Origin: Campylobacterales bacterium | GTDB taxonomy: Bacteria > Campylobacterota > Campylobacteria > Campylobacterales > QNZT01 | Assembly: GCA_027056215.1 (NCBI GenBank) | Contig: JALULO010000143.1 | Span: 1 to 32,890, forward strand | DNA: 32,890 nt | Direction: 5' to 3' | Part shown: positions 28,688 to 32,890 of the stretch, piece after piece | How the letters are laid out: every line of letters starts with the position of its first letter | How positions within the stretch are numbered: the first letter of the stretch is position 1 | Position numbers and translations under genes: made by a program | The notes under the pieces: model-generated | Seen by the model: the letters and a program-made list of their open reading frames with translations, nothing else | Told to the model about the DNA's origin: nothing | Databases searched by the model: none

Positions 28688-29049
28688 CACAACAACTCTT
28701 TGTAAACAATAATACACCAACAAGTAAGATGCAATAAAACCGTAAATAACACAGCAGCAGAACCCATATCTTTGGCATATTTTGCCAAGGGATGTATCTC
28801 ATGCGTCACAAGATCAACTACATTTTCGATAGCAGAATTTAATAACTCAGTTACAATAATGATGATAGCCGTAACAAATAAGATCAACTTACTGCTTAAT
28901 GTAAGCGGCAAAAGTATAACAGCAAGTAGGATGAAAAAACCAAAAAAGAGTTCTAACTTAAAAGATGTCTCTGTTTTTACTGCTATCAAAATACCTTCTA
29001 TAGCATACATAGCATTTTTAAATAGAGAATACTTTGGTTTATTTTGCAT
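28687..29049 (-). CDS. dgkA: Diacylglycerol kinase
   Basis: 'ETSFKLE', 'ELLNSAIENVVDLV', 'AKDMGSAAV'. Confidence 0.95.
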   Translation of the reverse strand: MQNKPKYSLFKNAMYAIEGILIAVKTETSFKLELFFGFFILLAVILLPLTLSSKLILFVTAIIIIVTELLNSAIENVVDLVTHEIHPLAKYAKDMGSAAVLFTVLLHLTCWCIIVYKELL

Positions 29050-29117
29050 ATATATTCCTAAATATTTTTACAAATCATAGCTAAAAATTCTATCTATTTA
29101 CATAAGAATTACAAAAA

Positions 29118-29180
29118 ATGGTATAATAAATGTCTTTATTTGGATCAATTAAGACAATATTTATCTTAATTTGTTATAAT
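29118..29180 (+). promoter_or_regulatory. tpx promoter region: tandem extended -10 boxes and an inverted repeat
   Basis: TGGTATAAT (29118-29126), TGTTATAAT (29172-29180), AATTAAGA-N9-TCTTAATT (29147-29171). Confidence 0.55.
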
Positions 29181-29221
29181 TCTGGTTCAATTAAAAAAAA
29201 TTATAATTTAAAGGATATTTA

Positions 29222-29737
29222 ATGGCAACTGTAACATTAAAAGGCGATACTGTATGTAACCTAAGCGGAACTGAAATCAACGTAGGTGACGATGCACCTC
29301 AAATCACCGTAGTAAACTCTGCTGGTTTAGCTGACAAAGTAGTCGGTGGTGCACAAGATAACGTACAACTGATCGTTGTAGTACCTTCACTTGATACTGC
29401 GGTATGTGCTGCTGAAACAAGAAAGTTTAATGAAAAAGCAGCTGACATCGAAGGTGTTGATACAACTGTTGTTTCTATGGACTTACCATTTGCTGCTGGT
29501 AGATTTTGTACAGCTGAGGGAATCGAAAACTTGACTGTCGCTTCAGACTTTAGAAACAAAGATTTTGCTAACGCTTACGGTGTACTTTTAGCGGATGGAC
29601 CTTTAGCAGGTGTTACTGCAAGAGCGATCTTTGTAGTTGGTAAAGATGGAAAAGTTACGTACAAAGAACTTGTTCCTGAAATCACTGCTGAACCTGAGTA
29701 TGACAAAGCACTAGAAGCTGCAAAAGCAGCTGTATAA
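29222..29737 (+). CDS. tpx: Thiol peroxidase (atypical 2-Cys peroxiredoxin)
   Basis: 'VPSLDTAVCAAETRKFN', 'VSMDLPFAAGRFC', 'ARAIFVV', 'EPEYD'. Confidence 0.96.
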   Translation: MATVTLKGDTVCNLSGTEINVGDDAPQITVVNSAGLADKVVGGAQDNVQLIVVVPSLDTAVCAAETRKFNEKAADIEGVDTTVVSMDLPFAAGRFCTAEGIENLTVASDFRNKDFANAYGVLLADGPLAGVTARAIFVVGKDGKVTYKELVPEITAEPEYDKALEAAKAAV

Positions 29738-29744
29738 GTTTTAA

Positions 29745-29779
29745 GGTAAAAAGTGGGATATCCACTTTTTACCCTTTTT
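29745..29779 (+). terminator. Rho-independent terminator of tpx
   Basis: GGTAAAAAGTGG-gatat-CCACTTTTTACC, a 12-bp stem followed by CTTTTT. Confidence 0.85.
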
Positions 29780-29795
29780 GTACTACAATCTCTTT

Positions 29796-30377
29796 ATGAG
29801 ATTTATCGTTATAGCACTTCATGCGGAAGCAAACCCGATCATAAAAGCTTTAAAGCTAGAGCTAACCCACAAAAAACCTTTTTCTCTTTATGAAAACAAA
29901 TCAATCAAACTTATCATCAGTGGCATTGGCAATATCAACGCTTCATCTGCAACAACCTATCTATTAACAAAATATCATAGCAGTGATAAAGATATCATCA
30001 TCAATATCGGTATATGCAGTACATACCATGAAGATGAACCTATCGGTACACTTTATGAGATAGATAAGATTATTCATGCAAATACACACAAAGTTTATCA
30101 TCTAAGTAAAAAAAGTCATCTCACACAAACAGCATTACTAACATCTTTTGCAACACCACAAAGTAAAAAACATCCAAAGTACCATCTCGCCGACATGGAG
30201 AGTATCGGGTTTTATCTTGCCTCAAAAAAGTTTATGAAATATGAAAATATATATCTTTTTAAAATCGTTTCAGATCATCTAAATGATGAGATTTTAAAAC
30301 ATCAAGAAGTTGAAACAATGATAGAAAAACATCTACCACTGTTTCATAAACTGCTAAATACTAAGAACGAGGCGTAA
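29796..30377 (+). CDS. Nucleoside phosphorylase/MTA-SAH nucleosidase-fold protein (PNP_UDP_1-like)
   Basis: 'IVIALHAEA', 'ISGIGNINA', 'INIGICS', 'DMES', 'KIVSD'. ATG 29796 preferred because TTG 29778 lies in the tpx terminator. Confidence 0.8.
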   Translation: MRFIVIALHAEANPIIKALKLELTHKKPFSLYENKSIKLIISGIGNINASSATTYLLTKYHSSDKDIIINIGICSTYHEDEPIGTLYEIDKIIHANTHKVYHLSKKSHLTQTALLTSFATPQSKKHPKYHLADMESIGFYLASKKFMKYENIYLFKIVSDHLNDEILKHQEVETMIEKHLPLFHKLLNTKNEA

Positions 30378-30470
30378 GGAAAAGAAAATAAGTATTTCAT
30401 CCTTAGAATAATTTTTGACGGCTTACTTTTTCGTATGTCTCTTTACTGCAACAGATGCGTTACCTTTAAT

Positions 30471-31763
30471 TTACTTCACTACTTTAGCTCTATATACCTC
30501 TTCCATCATAGCTTTCCAATCTGCATCCAGACTATAAGCCAAACCATCATCTGCATGAATAGCAGGGTCATTTAGCCAGTCAAGCGAAATACGCCCTCCT
30601 TTATTGTCAGAGGAAGAAGCAGAATAGAAAATAACATATTTATCACTCTTATCCAGTGCACGTTCCAAGGTTGTTTTCATATCCATAAGACCTACCTTAT
30701 CTGTAGTATCAAACTCAGGATATGTGGCACTTGCTAAAGGTTCATTTGAAACCATAAAGTCCACATATATCTCTTTAGCCCATGAAGCACGTTCCTCTTG
30801 TGGCACGACCCAATGCTGCGTGGCATCTACGACATTGTTAGTAGTATTTAAGGCGATGGTATGTTTACGCCAAGTATAAGCATCATCAAACTGCTTCTGT
30901 GTACGAAGTCTGTAGTCTTCACCCATATCATGCAATGTCGCCTGATGCGATAGTCCTTTTTTTAATCCCGTAAACATAGCACCTGCCCATTCATGCTGAC
31001 GCTCCAGTCCGACATCGACGACAACAGGATGTCCATCGATGCCACGATTGGCTTCTATATGTCCCTCCACAGGAGAATGATAATAGAGTACATCTATAGC
31101 GGAATACGCACGCACCATAGCGTCCATGATTTGCTTAAAACGTGCAGTAATCTTGGCTGAATGCTCCGTAAAAGTATGGTTAGGATTTTTATATGCTTTA
31201 GCATCATACCATGCATCACCATGCTTATAGTTAATCATTTTAAGGCTCTCATCATCATAAGCTTCATCGTCATAGACAATCCCTCTAAAGCCTAAATTTT
31301 TAGCTACTTTAGCTAGAGTTTTAAAGTTTGCTATCACATTGTTCCATACCCCATCATCCCAAAAGTCACCAGGGTAATGCATATTTACGATTAAAAAGTT
31401 TGATTTTGTCGGGTATAAATCCTTTACAGCTTTCACTTCATTCCAAATAGAGTCATAAGTTAGTAAGGACGTATTGGACTCCATCACTGTATTGGTATAG
31501 GAGTTACCTACCATAGTAAACCCCGAAAAAGGCAAAGTATTGATGTATGCAGCCCTTGCAGCAAAATTATCTGCCATTTCAGGAAGCCAGTGTCCTTTTT
31601 GGTAAAGAATCAACTCTTTTTTACTATGTAACTGTGTCACATCATCAGTATGATTGTCAGAGCCAATAGTATCTTTGGATAGTGGTTTAGCAGTACTGTT
31701 TCCGCATCCTAAAAAAGATACAAGAGCAAACACAGAGAAAGAGATAATAAGAATTTTTAGCAC
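30471..31763 (-). CDS. Uncharacterised lipoprotein, possibly a TIM-barrel glycoside hydrolase
   Basis: Lipobox 'SFLGC'; 'DFWDDGVW...AKVAKNLGFRGIVYDDEAY' resembles D-x-E catalytic strands; rich in Trp, Tyr and Asp. GTG start with RBS AAGGT. Confidence 0.6.
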   Translation of the reverse strand: MLKILIISFSVFALVSFLGCGNSTAKPLSKDTIGSDNHTDDVTQLHSKKELILYQKGHWLPEMADNFAARAAYINTLPFSGFTMVGNSYTNTVMESNTSLLTYDSIWNEVKAVKDLYPTKSNFLIVNMHYPGDFWDDGVWNNVIANFKTLAKVAKNLGFRGIVYDDEAYDDESLKMINYKHGDAWYDAKAYKNPNHTFTEHSAKITARFKQIMDAMVRAYSAIDVLYYHSPVEGHIEANRGIDGHPVVVDVGLERQHEWAGAMFTGLKKGLSHQATLHDMGEDYRLRTQKQFDDAYTWRKHTIALNTTNNVVDATQHWVVPQEERASWAKEIYVDFMVSNEPLASATYPEFDTTDKVGLMDMKTTLERALDKSDKYVIFYSASSSDNKGGRISLDWLNDPAIHADDGLAYSLDADWKAMMEEVYRAKVVK

Positions 31764-31927
31764 AGTTCACACCTTTGATATGATCATGATATCAAAATTT
31801 TTTATAAATTGCATCAGTAATTGAATAGTTTGCAGATTCTTCAAAACTTTATTTTTATCTGGAATGGTATTTGGGATAATATGACAGAAAAAACATCCTT
31901 CAAACAAAATTCTGCTAAAATTTTCTT

Positions 31928-32890
31928 ATGAAAAAGTTTACTTTACTATTCTCTTTTATCCTTCTTATGACACTGCCAGTTTCAGCAAAGTCACGGCAAG
32001 AAAATTTTTCTTTGGTAATCAGCGGCGGTATTAGTCTAGGAGCGTATGAGGCGGGATATAACTGGGGACTTTTAAAATACTTGACATATCTGAAATACTA
32101 CTCCCCACGGACAAATATCAGTATGAAGTCGATTGCAGGGGCTTCGGCGGGAGCGATCAATACATTGATGTCCACACTTGCTTGGTGCCGCAGCAAAGAG
32201 GCGTTGGATCTGAACAATACGATCGATGACAATCTTTTTTACCATATGTGGACAGAGGTTGATTTTGAGGATTTGCTGATTGAGAAAAATGGCGTACAAG
32301 ATCCAAACAATAACACTTCACTTTTTAGCCGTCAAAAGATTGAGAAACAGGCACAGAAGATTGTGCATGAGATGCACCGCCCACTTTATGACAGGGAGTG
32401 TCGTGTGCCATTTGGCTTTGCTGTAACTAGAGTAGAACCCAAACGGGTGACGATTAGTGGTATTTCACTGGATAATAAACTTTTCCACATTCCGTTGCGG
32501 TTTAAAGCAGATATTGAAGGTCGTGGTGAGGTGTATGATGACAGAAGATTGCAGCAGAGTAATATTATCCATCTTTCTGAAACGGGCAAGGTCAATGACG
32601 ATGTACTGAAAAAGGCTATGTTTGCCTCCAGTGCATTTCCCATCGCTTTTGAGCAGGTGAATTTGGCATACTGGTACAAAGGTGTTTTGGAAAAGGCACT
32701 TTTTCTCGACGGCGGTGTTTTTGACAATGTTCCGCTTGATCTTGCAATTCGACTAGCGGGAAGCAAAAATGGTGATTATATCTTCATGGATCCCAAAAAT
32801 ATACGTCGAAAATATCAACCACTAGGTGCCCGTAAGATGCAACAGTCGCAAAGTAGCCCTGTAAATACAGCCATTGAACTGCTGTTTGAT
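31928..32890 (+). CDS. Secreted patatin-like phospholipase; 3' end lies outside the window (absent from the ORF track)
   Basis: Own translation: MKKFTLLFSFILLMTLPVSA signal peptide, 'LVISGGISLGAYEAG', 'GASAG' nucleophile elbow, 'ASSAFP', 'FLDGGVFDNVP'. Frame is open to the window end. Confidence 0.92.
   Translation, partial: MKKFTLLFSFILLMTLPVSAKSRQENFSLVISGGISLGAYEAGYNWGLLKYLTYLKYYSPRTNISMKSIAGASAGAINTLMSTLAWCRSKEALDLNNTIDDNLFYHMWTEVDFEDLLIEKNGVQDPNNNTSLFSRQKIEKQAQKIVHEMHRPLYDRECRVPFGFAVTRVEPKRVTISGISLDNKLFHIPLRFKADIEGRGEVYDDRRLQQSNIIHLSETGKVNDDVLKKAMFASSAFPIAFEQVNLAYWYKGVLEKALFLDGGVFDNVPLDLAIRLAGSKNGDYIFMDPKNIRRKYQPLGARKMQQSQSSPVNTAIELLFD

Noticed and set aside
28688-28723. Longer TTG start for the ABC permease given in the ORF track
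   Set aside because: It lies inside dgkA; ATG 28687 with TGATG coupling is more plausible.
29129-29223. Short ORF of about 30 codons (MSLFGSIKT...) ending at the tpx start
   Set aside because: No RBS, begins only a few nt after a -10 box and runs across promoter elements; probably chance in AT-rich DNA.
32072-32766. Two minus-strand ORFs (75 aa and 126 aa)
   Set aside because: Antisense to the clear patatin ORF.
1-32890. CRISPR array, tRNA/rRNA, IS, integrase or prophage genes
   Set aside because: No spaced direct repeats, RNA-gene signatures or mobile-element motifs seen; intergenic gaps are all under about 260 nt.

Overview
AT-rich chromosomal segment of a Campylobacterota (Epsilonproteobacteria) bacterium, inferred from the long Campylobacter-type DapD, short FtsY, atpB outside the atp operon, gatB-K+ channel-gpsA order and TG-extended -10 promoters. 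Most of it is housekeeping: rny, 5-formyl-THF cyclo-ligase, ftsY, radA, dapD, a DEAD-box helicase, gpsA, gatB, atpB, dgkA and tpx. The most unusual element is a two-gene unit between gpsA and the helicase (17226-19540). It encodes a stand-alone, apparently inactive FtsK/EssC-like domain abutting a protein with 13 LRRs and two C-terminal 'W..A....T...Y..YL..(Y/F)P.G' repeats, behind a candidate sigma28 (FliA) promoter. Other accessory features are a VKOR-thioredoxin-like fusion, a hybrid kinase-Hpt-REC/EAL phosphorelay (also with a candidate sigma28 promoter), a diguanylate cyclase with a twin palindromic operator, and a right-end pair of a glycoside-hydrolase-like lipoprotein and a secreted patatin that the ORF track misses. 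No rRNA, tRNA, CRISPR array, integrase or transposase was recognised. All calls come from reading motifs by eye; no searches were run.
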